Below, piece by piece: positions 19,483-30,821 of a DNA stretch of 64,000 nucleotides; the first letter of the stretch is position 1, and each line of letters opens with the position of its first letter. The position numbers and the translations under genes were made by a program. Source of the DNA: a bacterium (GTDB lineage Bacteria > Zhuqueibacterota > Zhuqueibacteria > Residuimicrobiales > Krinioviventaceae); NCBI GenBank assembly GCA_963693055.1, contig OY843751.1, positions 5,280,001 through 5,344,000 on the forward strand. Reading direction: 5' to 3'. Below the pieces are notes generated by a model, which saw only the letters and a program-made list of their open reading frames with translations, made no database searches and had not been told where the DNA came from.

Positions 19483-20304
19483 ATGAACAATAATAATTCC
19501 ATTCTAAAAAATCAGGAATACATCCGTTTGCTAGAGTCGAGTATTCCGTTAAAAAAAGATATAACACGAAAAGCCATTGCAGATCTACATCTTGCAGCAG
19601 GCAGCCATATTCTTGATGCCGGTTGCGGTATTGGGCATCAAGCTGTTACACTTGCCAATGCAGTTCCGGATGGCAAAGTAACGGCAATGGATATCAATGA
19701 TGTTTTTCTGCAATACGCCCAACAGCATATCGTCCCCAAAGATATGGATCGTATCACCTTTCAACAAGGTGATATATATAACCTCGAATTTACTGAACAT
19801 ACCTTTGATTGTATTTTCAGCATGGATTGCCTGGGCTATTCTGAACAAGATCCTGTATCTCTTTATAAAAAATTTTTCAAGATATGTAAATCCGGTGCAA
19901 CAATAGCCCTTTTGTTCTGGGCATCACAAACCCTGTTACCCGGATTCCCACTGTTAGAAGCACAATTGAATGCCACACCGGATGGCATTGCACCGTTTAC
20001 AGACAACATGGCCCCCGAATCTCACTTTATGAACACCCGGGCCAGCTTAAAAAAAGCCGGCTTCACATCAATTCAAATATATACATACACGCAACAAATT
20101 GCAGCCCCCTTGCCACCAGAAATGCGTACAGCTATGCTGGATTTGTTTGAAATGCGTTGGGGGAACTCTCAAAAACATATATCAAAAGAGACCTGGAACA
20201 CATTTATCAAGCTCACCAGAGACCAATCGCCCGATTGTATATTAAACCAACCGGACTATAATGCATTTTATACATATGTCATGTTTACTGGAAATATAAA
20301 TTGA
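19483..20304 (+). CDS. class I SAM-dependent methyltransferase
   Basis: ILDAGCGIG, VTAMDI, QGDIYNL, FDCIF motifs. Confidence 0.9.
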   Translation: MNNNNSILKNQEYIRLLESSIPLKKDITRKAIADLHLAAGSHILDAGCGIGHQAVTLANAVPDGKVTAMDINDVFLQYAQQHIVPKDMDRITFQQGDIYNLEFTEHTFDCIFSMDCLGYSEQDPVSLYKKFFKICKSGATIALLFWASQTLLPGFPLLEAQLNATPDGIAPFTDNMAPESHFMNTRASLKKAGFTSIQIYTYTQQIAAPLPPEMRTAMLDLFEMRWGNSQKHISKETWNTFIKLTRDQSPDCILNQPDYNAFYTYVMFTGNIN

Positions 20305-20314
20305 AAGGATATTT

Positions 20315-21025
20315 ATGAGAATCAGATTGTTTCTAGTTGTTTTATTTGTCTCAATAATTTTTACCATGTCTTGCGAAACTCCCGCAGAACCACCCAATAT
20401 TTTAATTGTAACCGGTGGTCATGGATTTGAAAAGGAACCCTTTTTTAAAATGTTTGACGAGTTGGATGTAACCTGGAAGCATGTTGTGCAACCACGCGGC
20501 AATGAACTCATTGAAGCCGATTCGTTAGACGCGTACGATGCATTGGTATTTTATGACATGTATGACGAGATTACTCCCGATCAGAAAAAAGCCTGGTTAG
20601 CTGCGCTTGACAATGGTAAAGGTATTGTCTTTATGCACCACTCGCTGGCCAATTTTCAAAACTGGGCCGAATTTGAAAATATAATGGGTGGTAAATATGT
20701 AAAAAATACGGATTCTGTTAAAGATCTTTCAACATACAAACACGATGTAGAGGTCTCCGTACACGTAGTTGATCCCACTCATCCGGTAACAAAAGGGATG
20801 AGCGATTTTGAACTGTTTGATGAAGTATATGGAAATTTCAGAGTTAATGCGGATGTAACACCCCTGTTAACAACCAATCATCCGGAAAGCAGTAAAACCA
20901 TAGCATGGACTCACAAGGTAGGTAATTCCAAAATTGTTTACCTGCAACCGGGTCATGACCATCACTCATATGAAGACACAAACTTTAGAAAACTGGTTAT
21001 ACAAGCCATTGATTATGTAAAATAA
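20315..21025 (+). CDS. ThuA (trehalose-utilisation / class I GATase-like) domain lipoprotein
   Basis: LIVTGGH, GKGIVFMHH, HPVTKGM, DEVY, YLQPGH; lipobox TMSC. Confidence 0.87.
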   Translation: MRIRLFLVVLFVSIIFTMSCETPAEPPNILIVTGGHGFEKEPFFKMFDELDVTWKHVVQPRGNELIEADSLDAYDALVFYDMYDEITPDQKKAWLAALDNGKGIVFMHHSLANFQNWAEFENIMGGKYVKNTDSVKDLSTYKHDVEVSVHVVDPTHPVTKGMSDFELFDEVYGNFRVNADVTPLLTTNHPESSKTIAWTHKVGNSKIVYLQPGHDHHSYEDTNFRKLVIQAIDYVK

Positions 21026-21069
21026 ATAAAGCCCGTCCTTCTGACAACTAGCGGATGGACGGGCTTTAT
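21026..21069. terminator. bidirectional terminator hairpin
   Basis: ATAAAGCCCGTCC...GGACGGGCTTTAT between convergent genes. Confidence 0.7.
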
Positions 21070-21090
21070 AAAAACCTTTTAACGGAATTA

Positions 21091-22071
21091 TTATTCAACG
21101 CCCCTGATTTTTTCCATAAATTGAGCACGCAGGTATTGCTGGGGTGATTCTGTCTTAGCAAAGCTCAGTTTACCCTTAAAATCACTTATAGATTCAAATC
21201 CTTTATCCAGCATCCATGCCTGAACTTCTTTGAGCATTTTATCAATCTCATTCACACCATTTTCATACAATACAGAAGCAAGTTGAACCGTAGATGCGCC
21301 GGCAAGTAGTAATTTAATAACATCTTTGGCAGTTTTAACACCACCCGTTGCAGAAACATCACATCCCACATTTCCGGATACCAAAGCTGTCCACCTGAGT
21401 GTTCGATGAATTTCATACTGACTGCTAAAATCAAAAGTAGTTTTTAACTCCAGTTTGTCAATATCAATATCCGGTTCAGTAAAACGATTAAACAATACAA
21501 TCGCATCCGCTCCCAAAGCATCTAATTTTGAAACCAAATTGGGTAATGCAGAAAAATAGGGGCCAATTTTCAATGCGACAGGAATGTTTATTTTTTCTTT
21601 AACAATTTTAACAATATTATAATACATCTCTTCAATGTCCTGACTGCTTTCCTTAGGATCAACAGCACTTTTAAAGACATTCAGCTCAAGGGCATCTGCA
21701 CCGGCTTCCTGAATTTGCATTGCAAAGTTGGGCCACCATTTATCAGACACACAGTTGATACTGGCAATAACCGGTATAGACACGGTGCTTTTTGCCTGAT
21801 CAATCAGTTCACAGTAATCACGGGGTCCATATTGCATATTCAGTTCGGCTCTCAAATAATCCATAGCTTCGGCATGCATGGTTGCGGAATCGCTTAATCC
21901 AAGATCCTGTTGGGCCAGTACCTCTTCAAACATACTCTTTAACACAACCGCACCTGCTCCTGCAGATTCAGCGTTTTTAATTTTATCAACCGACTTTGTG
22001 AGTCCACTACTGGATACCAGAATCGGATTTTTCAGCGATAGGTTCATGTATTGTGTAGACAATGCTGGCAT
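21091..22071 (-). CDS. dihydroorotate dehydrogenase-like FMN protein
   Basis: LKNPILVSSS, GAVVLKSMFEE, IPVIASINC, GADALELN, LFNRF, ATGGV, LLAGA. Confidence 0.88.
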   Translation of the reverse strand: MPALSTQYMNLSLKNPILVSSSGLTKSVDKIKNAESAGAGAVVLKSMFEEVLAQQDLGLSDSATMHAEAMDYLRAELNMQYGPRDYCELIDQAKSTVSIPVIASINCVSDKWWPNFAMQIQEAGADALELNVFKSAVDPKESSQDIEEMYYNIVKIVKEKINIPVALKIGPYFSALPNLVSKLDALGADAIVLFNRFTEPDIDIDKLELKTTFDFSSQYEIHRTLRWTALVSGNVGCDVSATGGVKTAKDVIKLLLAGASTVQLASVLYENGVNEIDKMLKEVQAWMLDKGFESISDFKGKLSFAKTESPQQYLRAQFMEKIRGVE

Positions 22072-22296
22072 AGTATTACCCTTTCATGACTAAACGTTTT
22101 GGTACAGATTCACACACATAAATATTAAAATTTTATCTGTCAAATGCAACCACGAAAAATGAAATGTAAAAAATTATTAAAAATGTAATTTGCTGAAACC
22201 TCTTGAAATTTTTAAAGTACAAACATAAAATACTTGATTGTAAGGTATATCCTTTATACATTAATAGACTAGTAGAACTAACTGTTTGAGATTGAC

Positions 22297-22908
22297 GTGC
22301 CAGAAAATAAAGATATAGTTATTACACCAGAGAAAAAAGAGAAATTCGAAGAAATTGCTTTCGATTTTATGGATTCTTTGTACAGCACGGCACTGCGACT
22401 GACACGTAACACAGAAGAAGCTGAAGACCTGGTACAAGACACATATTTACGGGCGTTCCGGTTTTTTGACAAATTCCAGGAAGGTACCAACTTTAAAGCC
22501 TGGATCTTTAAAATAATGACCAATACCTTTATCAATAAATACCGTAAAAAGGTCAGAACCCCTCAACAGGTTCAGCTTGACAAAGTTGCATTTGGCCTGG
22601 AAAATGAAGATGAAAAAGAAGAAAAAGTAGAACAGATCGAATGGTCCGGATTTGACGAAGAGCGCTATGAAGAGCTCTTTGATGATGATATAAAAAGCGC
22701 TTTATCACAATTATCTGAAGAATTTAGAATTGTTGTACTGTTGGCAGATATTGAAGGCTTTTCTTATAAAGAAATCGCTGAAATCATCGACCGTCCAAAC
22801 GGTACAGTTATGTCAAGATTGTTTCGCGGCAGACGTATGCTGCAAAAAATTCTTGACAAATACGCAAAACGCGAAGGGTACATCCGCAGCGATTCCAGCA
22901 GAAATTAA
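22297..22908 (+). CDS. ECF sigma factor (SigR/SigH-like)
   Basis: AEDLVQDTYLRA, FQEGTNFKAWIFKIMTNTFINKYRKK, FSYKEIA, GTVMSRLFRGR; GTG start. Confidence 0.92.
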   Translation: MPENKDIVITPEKKEKFEEIAFDFMDSLYSTALRLTRNTEEAEDLVQDTYLRAFRFFDKFQEGTNFKAWIFKIMTNTFINKYRKKVRTPQQVQLDKVAFGLENEDEKEEKVEQIEWSGFDEERYEELFDDDIKSALSQLSEEFRIVVLLADIEGFSYKEIAEIIDRPNGTVMSRLFRGRRMLQKILDKYAKREGYIRSDSSRN

Positions 22909-22964
22909 TTTTTTACATTTTTTGTAATATAAACCAAACTAGCATTTAACAAAAGGAGTTCAAA

Positions 22965-23354
22965 ATGGGGTTTGATAAAGTATTTCAGTCTGCTGACTGG
23001 AAAACAGAAAAACACAGTCCCGTTGTAGAAATTGTTGGTAGCGCAGCCAAGGGTGAAACCATCACCGTTAATGCAAGTGTTGGCAAAGAAATCGCTCATC
23101 CCAACACTACCGAGCACCATATTTCCTGGATCCAGTTATTCTTTTTACCTGAAGGCGAAAAATTTGCCATCGAACTGGGTAAATTTGATTTTGTTGCCCA
23201 TGGTGCATCCGCACAGGGTCCCAATACCAGCACAATTCTTACTGATCCCAATGTAACCGTAAAATTTAAAACTGAAAAATCGGGCAAGATCCTTGCTTCA
23301 TCCTACTGCAACATTCATGGTTTGTGGGAAAGCGAACTTGAAGTAAATGTATAA
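22965..23354 (+). CDS. sor: 1Fe superoxide reductase (neelaredoxin, class II SORL)
   Basis: EKHSP, HPNTTEHHISWI and YCNIHGLW iron ligands; AGGAG SD. Confidence 0.93.
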   Translation: MGFDKVFQSADWKTEKHSPVVEIVGSAAKGETITVNASVGKEIAHPNTTEHHISWIQLFFLPEGEKFAIELGKFDFVAHGASAQGPNTSTILTDPNVTVKFKTEKSGKILASSYCNIHGLWESELEVNV

Positions 23355-23376
23355 TTCCTTAAAATTGTAAACAATC

Positions 23377-23424
23377 AAGACCGGATCCACACCAGGCTTA
23401 GCCTGGCAGATCCGGTCTTTTTTT
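23377..23424 (+). terminator. intrinsic terminator
   Basis: AAGACCGGATC...CCAGGCTTAGCCTGG...GATCCGGTCTT followed by a T-run. Confidence 0.8.
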
Positions 23425-23443
23425 ATATAACAAAAAGATTCTG

Positions 23444-24181
23444 ATGGATTTTTATAATGAAATTGCCGGATTTTATGACCAAATGACCCGGTTCGATTCA
23501 CGCGTGAATAAAGAAAAAAACCTATTCTCCTCTTTTCTACAACACTATCCCATAAAAACAGCAATTGATCTTTCCTGCGGCTCGGGATTACATACAATCG
23601 TTCTGAATCAGCTTGGTGTTACAACAACAGGTATTGATATTTCCAGTGAAATGCTGGAACTGGCGCGCCAAAATGCTTCCCAATATGGCATACATGCTGA
23701 CTTTATCTCTCAATCCATGGAAGAATTAAATGTCTCACAACCTGCAGACGCATTATTGTGTCTGGGAAATTCTATTCCTCATCTACAAAATGAATCAGCA
23801 CTAAAGAACGTATTAAAAAGGGCGAAAGACTCTATCCATTCCGGAGGCTGGATTGTTTTACAAATTTTAAATTATAGCAAAATATTGGAAAAGCAGGAAC
23901 GCATTGTAGCCATTCATGAAACAGAAAACAAAACGTTTATACGTTTTTACGATTTTTTAGAATCATGTCTGCAATTCAACATTCTAATGATCGAAAAAAC
24001 AGAAAACAGTTTAACACACACATTAAACAATACACAATTACAACCCTTTACCCACCATACGCTGATTAAAAATCTGGATCAAACCGGTTTTACAAATATA
24101 AAATTATTCGGAAATTTAGAGTTTTCATCGTTTGATCCCTCAACATCTGCCAACCTGGTAATACTAGCGAATCGCCCCTGA
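23444..24181 (+). CDS. class I SAM-dependent methyltransferase (glycine/sarcosine N-methyltransferase-like)
   Basis: IDLSCGSG, GIDIS, CLGNSIPHL, ILNY, FIRFYDF. Confidence 0.85.
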   Translation: MDFYNEIAGFYDQMTRFDSRVNKEKNLFSSFLQHYPIKTAIDLSCGSGLHTIVLNQLGVTTTGIDISSEMLELARQNASQYGIHADFISQSMEELNVSQPADALLCLGNSIPHLQNESALKNVLKRAKDSIHSGGWIVLQILNYSKILEKQERIVAIHETENKTFIRFYDFLESCLQFNILMIEKTENSLTHTLNNTQLQPFTHHTLIKNLDQTGFTNIKLFGNLEFSSFDPSTSANLVILANRP

Positions 24182-24200
24182 TTTTTTTACAATAGAATTT

Positions 24201-26153
24201 TTATCTACGTGACTCGTACTCTTTGACCAGAGTTTTCAACAATTTTTCCTTATCCCGAATGGCCTTGTCTACTTGAGGCTTGAGCTTATCATACTCTACA
24301 ACCTGAATCGGTGGATACAACGCATAGTACCAATACGTATCTCCAAAAGAATTTTTAAGCATTTGTTCGGCATCTAATTGCTTAACTCCAAATATAGCGA
24401 TCCGCTTTCTGAATGTAGCATAACGCGCATCCATCCGCATATTGATCTGAAACTTTTCATACTGTTCAGCTGTAAAAGGGTTCTGTTCGTTGATTAGAAT
24501 CAATGCTTCCTGAATATGCCGGGGATATCTGAACCTTACCCTCGTTTTTAAAAGTGGTAAATATTCTAAAAACTTTTCAAAATTCCATGAACTTAAATAA
24601 TGCGCCAACAAATATTCCAACGCCATCTTTTGATCTGCATCCTGAGCCAGAATATACTCAAGATTCGCTTGTGGATCTAAATCAAACTCTGGCAGCTCCG
24701 TATCCATAGGTATATATTGCACACCACTCAAAACAGGATCAATATTTCGCAATGAATCACTTGTGGCAATATGAGCATATCGTCTGGCCCATCCATTCAA
24801 GATAATACTTTTCTTACAGGTTTGTAACACTTTATCAGTCTGCACGGAATCATTCAATGCAATATTTATGAGCGCTATTCTTTTCAAGATCCAGGGTGTG
24901 TTTCCATTTCTAACAAGTGCTTTTTTACAAAGGTCTAATGCTTCGTCAAGCATGCCCAGCTCAAAATAATAATCGCTTTTGTTCAAAATATCAACTTCAG
25001 ATGATGCCCCAACCATAAACAGACCGGCATTACCTCGTACCTGCGGATACGCAAGCATATCATGCAGCAGTTCGCCCGTATGATATAAAGCCCTGTTGGT
25101 TGCAAACACATGGATTAAGCTGGTATAACGCATTTCATACTGAAGTTCTAAAAGCTCTTTCCACATTCCATGCTCGGTATAATATTCAAAGGACAAATCT
25201 TTTTTCTCTTGTCCCGGCATTGCAAAAACCCAATATCCCAAAACACCCAGAATTAATAACGCATTTACTGTTATAGACAGCCATTGAATAGGAATATGTA
25301 TAATCTTTTCAGTTTCATCTTTTTCATATCGTTTAAAGATGCCAATATAGACTACCAACAGCAGATAATAAACATACAACACAATGGGAGTTACACCCTT
25401 TTTAACAGGATCATGAACAAACACATTTTTTAAAAAAGCTGTGTAAAAATCAAAATCCAGAATAAAAACGGCCGTTAATAAAGGAATCAACAAAAGAGCA
25501 ATAGGTACAACTATGCGTATTCTCAATTCCTTACTGATTAAAGCATGGAATAAAATGATACCAATAATATATAACAGCAAAAATCCACCGGCAAGATAGT
25601 AAAGCAAAATCCCCATCAAAATACTGGTAACATATTGAAGCCTGCTTTTCTGAACCAGGCCTTTTAATCCGAAATAAAATGCTGCCAGAGATAAAATGAG
25701 TCCCAAAACCAAAGAAAGCGGGAAATGATACCTGCCTAAAAATGCAAGCATGAGAAAACCTGGAATGATCTTGAGTATAAATTCAGGCTTTTGGGGTGTA
25801 AGGAATTTCAAAAACAAATAATTAAACAATACAATACCCCAGGAAATGAATGCCAGCAAAACAGCACCCGCCACCGGGAAATAATAAAACTGACTCAATA
25901 ACAGAGCAAAATACTCTACCAGGCCACCCGGATAAGCCGCGTATACTAAAAACAAACCGCTATTAAAAAAGAAAACCGGTTTTTGTGCCTGAAATATCAA
26001 TGGCGTTTTCACTATATAATAAAAATAGAGAAAAGCAATTGACATAAATCCGACAAAAAAAGTGGTATAAATCGTATCAGCATTTTTGATTTTAATCAAT
26101 AATGCTTTAATTAATCCGAGTATTTTTTTTAATATTGAAACTAATTTTGACAT
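24201..26153 (-). CDS. DUF6057-like polytopic membrane protein with soluble C-terminal domain
   Basis: YPGGLVEYFALLLSQFYY, about 10 TM helices, NRALYHTGEL, MALEYL, QEAL, FGDTYWYY. Confidence 0.75.
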   Translation of the reverse strand: MSKLVSILKKILGLIKALLIKIKNADTIYTTFFVGFMSIAFLYFYYIVKTPLIFQAQKPVFFFNSGLFLVYAAYPGGLVEYFALLLSQFYYFPVAGAVLLAFISWGIVLFNYLFLKFLTPQKPEFILKIIPGFLMLAFLGRYHFPLSLVLGLILSLAAFYFGLKGLVQKSRLQYVTSILMGILLYYLAGGFLLLYIIGIILFHALISKELRIRIVVPIALLLIPLLTAVFILDFDFYTAFLKNVFVHDPVKKGVTPIVLYVYYLLLVVYIGIFKRYEKDETEKIIHIPIQWLSITVNALLILGVLGYWVFAMPGQEKKDLSFEYYTEHGMWKELLELQYEMRYTSLIHVFATNRALYHTGELLHDMLAYPQVRGNAGLFMVGASSEVDILNKSDYYFELGMLDEALDLCKKALVRNGNTPWILKRIALINIALNDSVQTDKVLQTCKKSIILNGWARRYAHIATSDSLRNIDPVLSGVQYIPMDTELPEFDLDPQANLEYILAQDADQKMALEYLLAHYLSSWNFEKFLEYLPLLKTRVRFRYPRHIQEALILINEQNPFTAEQYEKFQINMRMDARYATFRKRIAIFGVKQLDAEQMLKNSFGDTYWYYALYPPIQVVEYDKLKPQVDKAIRDKEKLLKTLVKEYESRR

Positions 26154-26224
26154 TTTTGAAAAACTCTATTATTTAACCACATGCAATGTAGCAAATATCA
26201 GGCAAAACTTTTCTCGAAATACAA

Positions 26225-28384
26225 TTGGAATGTATTGCCCTTGTATTGCTGTTGTACCATGAAAAAGGAACAACTCTGACAGAACCTCAATTCACAAATG
26301 CACTGATTCACGAAAAAAGCCCATACCTACTGCAACACGCCCATAATCCGGTGAATTGGCTTCCCTGGGGAGAGACTGCATTTAATAAAGCCAAACAGCA
26401 AAACAAACCGGTCTTTCTTTCCATAGGTTATTCGACCTGTCACTGGTGCCATGTCATGGAGCATGAATCCTTTCTAGATACCAAAGTAGCAGATCTATTA
26501 AACACCTATTTTATTCCAATCAAAGTTGACAGAGAAGAACGTCCGGATGTGGATGATGTTTATATGACAGTCTGCCAAATGATTACCGGCAGCGGCGGTT
26601 GGCCGTTATCCATTTTCCTGACGCCCGATAAAAAACCCTTTTTTGCTGCAACTTATATTCCCAAGATATCCCGGTTCGGACGCAAAGGCATGCTGGATTT
26701 GCTTCCCGAAGTGGCCCTGTTGTGGAAAGACAAAAACGATTCAGTATTGCAATCCGCCAAAAACATCACCGCAGAATTGAGCAAGCTGGAAATCATAAAA
26801 AACGATCTGGTATTACCATTTCCGGGTAATCCTGACATTGCATTCCAGGCATTTTCAGAACGGTTTGATCGGGAACGCGGTGGTTTTGGTAATGCACCCA
26901 AATTTCCATCTCCCCACAATCTTCTGTTTCTTTTACGGTATGTGTACTATCATGAAAATCCGGGTGCGTTAAATATGGTAACCAAAACATTGACAGAAAT
27001 GGGCAAGGGTGGTATTTATGACCATATAGGATACGGCTTTCATAGCTATTCAACAGACCGTGACTGGCGTGTGCCCCACTTTGAAAAAATGTTATATGAT
27101 CAGGCTATGCTGATTATGGCCTATAGCGAGACCTACCAGGCAACCCGCAATCTGGAATTCAAAACCAAAGCCGAACAGGTTTGTGAATATGTTTTGCGTG
27201 ATATGACCGCTCCGGAAGGTGGATTTTACTCTGCGGAAGACGCGGACAGTGACGGTGTTGAAGGCAAATTTTATATCTGGAGTTTTAAAGAACTATTACA
27301 GAATTTGACCCCAAAAGATCTAAACATTGCCGTTAAATTTTTCAATATAGATCAAAAAGGCAATTATCACGACGAAGCAACACGCGAACTCACCGGTAAT
27401 AATATCTTTTATCAGAAAAAAAGTCTTTCAAAAACAGCGCAAGAGTTGAGCTTGTCTGAAAAAGAATTGAATGAACGGTTGAAAATCATTCGGGAAACTT
27501 TGTTTAAAATTCGCCAGAATCGTGTACATCCGCTCAAAGATGATAAAATATTGACCGACTGGAATGGAATGATGATTGCGGCCCTGGCAAAAGCCGGGAT
27601 CATATTCGGAAACAAGGAGTATATTTATGCCGCAGAAAAAGCGGCTGCCTTTATTTTTAAAAATCTTGAACAATCAAATGGCAGGTTACTTCATCGCTAC
27701 CGACTGGGCGATGCGGCTATCCCTGCTTTTTTAGATGACTATGCCTTTATAATTTGGGGTATGATAGAACTCTATTCAGCAACATTCAACCCAGACTATC
27801 TCATAAAAGCGAAAAAACTGCTAAACAGCACACTCGATTTGTTTTGGGACGATAAGCAGCATGGTTTCAACAATTCAGCAAACGATAATGAAAAACTGTT
27901 ATTGTCCGGTAGAGATGTTTATGACGGAGCTACCCCCTCTGGTAATTCGGTCATGTTTATGAATCTGCTAACATTGTCAAAACTCACCGGAGATACAAAA
28001 CTGGAAGAACTTGCAGATCAGCAGGAAATGGCCTTTGCCGCACAGGTAAACCGTCATCCCTCTGCACATGGATGGTTTGTTTCAGCCTCGGAATATGCAA
28101 CAACATCATCAATCGAGATCATTGTTTGCGGAGATCCGGATGCTCAAGACACCCGTAATATGCTTAACACTATTCAAAAATATTATCTCCCCAACAAGGT
28201 AGTAATTGTAATTCCATCCTCATCCAAAGACAAGCAGTTGATCTCGTTTTTACCCTGGTTAAAAGATTATAAAATGATCGAAAATAAAGCAACAGTTTAT
28301 GTTTGCCGTAATCGCGAATGTCAACTACCGGTTAATGAAACAGAATCCCTGCGGAAACAACTGGAAGCGTTTCGAGCACTATAA
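26225..28384 (+). CDS. YyaL/SSP411-family thioredoxin-domain protein
   Basis: [61 protein letters not shown]; true start probably a little downstream. Confidence 0.93.
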   Translation: MECIALVLLLYHEKGTTLTEPQFTNALIHEKSPYLLQHAHNPVNWLPWGETAFNKAKQQNKPVFLSIGYSTCHWCHVMEHESFLDTKVADLLNTYFIPIKVDREERPDVDDVYMTVCQMITGSGGWPLSIFLTPDKKPFFAATYIPKISRFGRKGMLDLLPEVALLWKDKNDSVLQSAKNITAELSKLEIIKNDLVLPFPGNPDIAFQAFSERFDRERGGFGNAPKFPSPHNLLFLLRYVYYHENPGALNMVTKTLTEMGKGGIYDHIGYGFHSYSTDRDWRVPHFEKMLYDQAMLIMAYSETYQATRNLEFKTKAEQVCEYVLRDMTAPEGGFYSAEDADSDGVEGKFYIWSFKELLQNLTPKDLNIAVKFFNIDQKGNYHDEATRELTGNNIFYQKKSLSKTAQELSLSEKELNERLKIIRETLFKIRQNRVHPLKDDKILTDWNGMMIAALAKAGIIFGNKEYIYAAEKAAAFIFKNLEQSNGRLLHRYRLGDAAIPAFLDDYAFIIWGMIELYSATFNPDYLIKAKKLLNSTLDLFWDDKQHGFNNSANDNEKLLLSGRDVYDGATPSGNSVMFMNLLTLSKLTGDTKLEELADQQEMAFAAQVNRHPSAHGWFVSASEYATTSSIEIIVCGDPDAQDTRNMLNTIQKYYLPNKVVIVIPSSSKDKQLISFLPWLKDYKMIENKATVYVCRNRECQLPVNETESLRKQLEAFRAL

Positions 28385-29533
28385 TGCTTTCCTGAGAATA
28401 TTCGTCAAAATTTCATCCGGCAGCACAACAGGATTTCCTTTCATGCTACTGGCATTACTTGCTTTTTCAACAACAAGGGGAATATTCTGTTCTGTCATAC
28501 CAAAATCTGACAAAGGCGCAACGTTTAATTCATCACATACCTGCTGCACCCATTCAACCGCCTGTTTTGCAGTTGCGTTGGCATTACCTGTTAACACCTT
28601 GGCCACCGTATCAAACCGTTCAAGATATGGAGAATCAGGATATTGCCTGCTGATGTAACTAACATTGGCCTCGGTAACAAAGGGTAGCAATCTTGCACAG
28701 ACTACTCCATGAGGAGCGGGAAAAAGCCCGCCCAAAGGTCCTGCAAATCCATGTACGGCGCCAAGTTTGGCATTTGCCAACGCAAATCCGCTAAACAACC
28801 CCGCAATACTCATATCCTCACGTGCGTTTGCATCATTACCATCTCTAAACGCAGCTACCAATGACCGAGATGCCCGTTTTAATCCCTCCAGACAAATACC
28901 ATCCGTCAAAGGATTGGCCTTGTTCGAAACATAGGCTTCCATCAATTGCGTCAAAGCATCCAGCCCTGTACTTGCGGTTACATCCGGCGGCATACTAAAA
29001 GTGAGTTCCGGATCCACCAAGGCCACATCGGGAAGCATATAAGGACTGCGCATACTGACTTTGACCCGATGTTCCTTTGAGCCCAATACCGCGTTTCGCG
29101 TTACTTCGGCTCCGGTACCTGCAGTTGTTGGAATGGCGATATACGGTGCAGTGGGATTACTGAGCTTTTGTCCCTTGCCAATGACCTCCAGATAATCATA
29201 AATATCGCCTTTATTGGTAAGTAGAGCAGAAACGGCTTTGCCGGTATCCACAACACTGCCACCGCCAATACCAATAACCAGTTCACATTTTTCATTTCGG
29301 GCAAGTTCTGCGGCTTGCAGGGCAATATCTGTCGTGGGCTCCTGGTCCACTTTATATTGCGATACAATGAAACCATTGTCTTTTAAATCCTGAACTGTCA
29401 ATTCATAAAGCGGATTATTCTCCCCGGTAATAACCAGTACCTGCTTACCATAATCGGCTGCTATTTCCTTTAATTCCTGAATTCGGCCATTACCAAAAAC
29501 AATACGTCCAGCGGTTGCAAATTCAAAATCCAT
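28379..29533 (-). CDS. iron-containing alcohol dehydrogenase
   Basis: [41 protein letters not shown]. Confidence 0.93.
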   Translation of the reverse strand: MDFEFATAGRIVFGNGRIQELKEIAADYGKQVLVITGENNPLYELTVQDLKDNGFIVSQYKVDQEPTTDIALQAAELARNEKCELVIGIGGGSVVDTGKAVSALLTNKGDIYDYLEVIGKGQKLSNPTAPYIAIPTTAGTGAEVTRNAVLGSKEHRVKVSMRSPYMLPDVALVDPELTFSMPPDVTASTGLDALTQLMEAYVSNKANPLTDGICLEGLKRASRSLVAAFRDGNDANAREDMSIAGLFSGFALANAKLGAVHGFAGPLGGLFPAPHGVVCARLLPFVTEANVSYISRQYPDSPYLERFDTVAKVLTGNANATAKQAVEWVQQVCDELNVAPLSDFGMTEQNIPLVVEKASNASSMKGNPVVLPDEILTNILRKAL

Positions 29534-29547
29534 TTATAAATCCTCTG

Positions 29548-29856
29548 TTAGCCCCAACCCTGTTCATCAGGATAAAGATTGTTGTATTTAATCCCCTGCC
29601 GGGGTTCTGCCATCATATCCGCAACCGTGTCCCGCCATGTTTGATAATGCGCGGTCTCTTTATGTTTTGCAGGATCATCAGCTGTGCGATAGACTTCAAC
29701 AAACACAAAACGGGTAGGATCATCCTGCTGCTGGACCACATCAAAACGTGCTACTCCCGCTTCCTGTACACTGTTTCTCGCATTTTCCAGCGATGCCGCT
29801 ATAAAATTGTCAACCTGATCGGGCTTTACATGAACCAAAACATGTACTATAAACAT
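29548..29856 (-). CDS. ABM-domain protein (antibiotic biosynthesis monooxygenase / LsrG-like)
   Basis: [25 protein letters not shown]; operonic with the Fe-ADH. Confidence 0.88.
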   Translation of the reverse strand: MFIVHVLVHVKPDQVDNFIAASLENARNSVQEAGVARFDVVQQQDDPTRFVFVEVYRTADDPAKHKETAHYQTWRDTVADMMAEPRQGIKYNNLYPDEQGWG

Positions 29857-29878
29857 TATTCAACTCCTTGCATTGATA

Positions 29879-30811
29879 TTATTTCTGCCTTTTAAAAACA
29901 TACAATGGCGCCGGCCTGTCTTCTGACGAAACATATATGTCTGTACTCTTGAATTTAAAACAAACTGACTCTGCCTGCTCAAGCCTGGGAATCACTATAT
30001 GCTGAGGCAATGCTTTAAATGTCGTAGGCCAATCCGTATCAAACGCATAGAGATACGCGTTCTGGTACGTCAGCACTACTATCCATTTTCCGTCACTTGA
30101 AATATCCATAGCTGTAGGCTGTGAGCCAAAAGGCCCAAACCGCGAATCAAGCTTGATCTCATCAAATGTCAGCAGTGGCACAGTTGGGACCTCAGTGACC
30201 CGTTTTGCCTGCTGCTCCAAATACCGTGATTTCACATCCAGATTCAACTCGTATAAAACCGGTGGGACTGTACGCTTGCTCAACAGCAAAATCTTTTTAT
30301 TTTTCACATCCACAGCAACCGATTCACAATCCCGTGGACCATCAACATATTTATACTTGATCTCGGTATAAATTGGTATAAAATAACGGTGCTTACTATT
30401 CAGATCCGGTTCTTTAACGATGTATATCTTGCGGCTTTTTCGCTTGGCGTTGTTATCACCAATATCTCCTATCAATAAATAGGCAGTACCATCTAACTCA
30501 AAAGAAGCCAAATCTTCCCAGTCTTTATTTTTTACCCCATCAACAGTAAATCGACCCAAATCCTTTCCGGTTGAATCTGCAGCATACAGGTACGTCTTGT
30601 CTCCGCTGTCATTGAGAAACCACAAAACACCAGGATTCGCAATCGATGAAGCCATGCCACTGACTTCATCAAGATTCTTGTTTTGTAAATCACCGCATAG
30701 TTTGGTTATAGTATATGGCGATGGAGATAACTGCTCAAGCCGCACCGGTTCCTGAGCCAATAAAACACCTGCACACATAATTATTAAAAGAACAATAATA
30801 TTTCTTTTCAT
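29879..30811 (-). CDS. secreted beta-propeller protein (SdiA-regulated/phytase-like)
   Basis: Signal peptide; EVSG, NDSG, DWEDL, IGDIGDN, DCES, QAESV motifs. Confidence 0.75.
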   Translation of the reverse strand: MKRNIIVLLIIMCAGVLLAQEPVRLEQLSPSPYTITKLCGDLQNKNLDEVSGMASSIANPGVLWFLNDSGDKTYLYAADSTGKDLGRFTVDGVKNKDWEDLASFELDGTAYLLIGDIGDNNAKRKSRKIYIVKEPDLNSKHRYFIPIYTEIKYKYVDGPRDCESVAVDVKNKKILLLSKRTVPPVLYELNLDVKSRYLEQQAKRVTEVPTVPLLTFDEIKLDSRFGPFGSQPTAMDISSDGKWIVVLTYQNAYLYAFDTDWPTTFKALPQHIVIPRLEQAESVCFKFKSTDIYVSSEDRPAPLYVFKRQK

Positions 30812-30821
30812 ATATTTCCTG

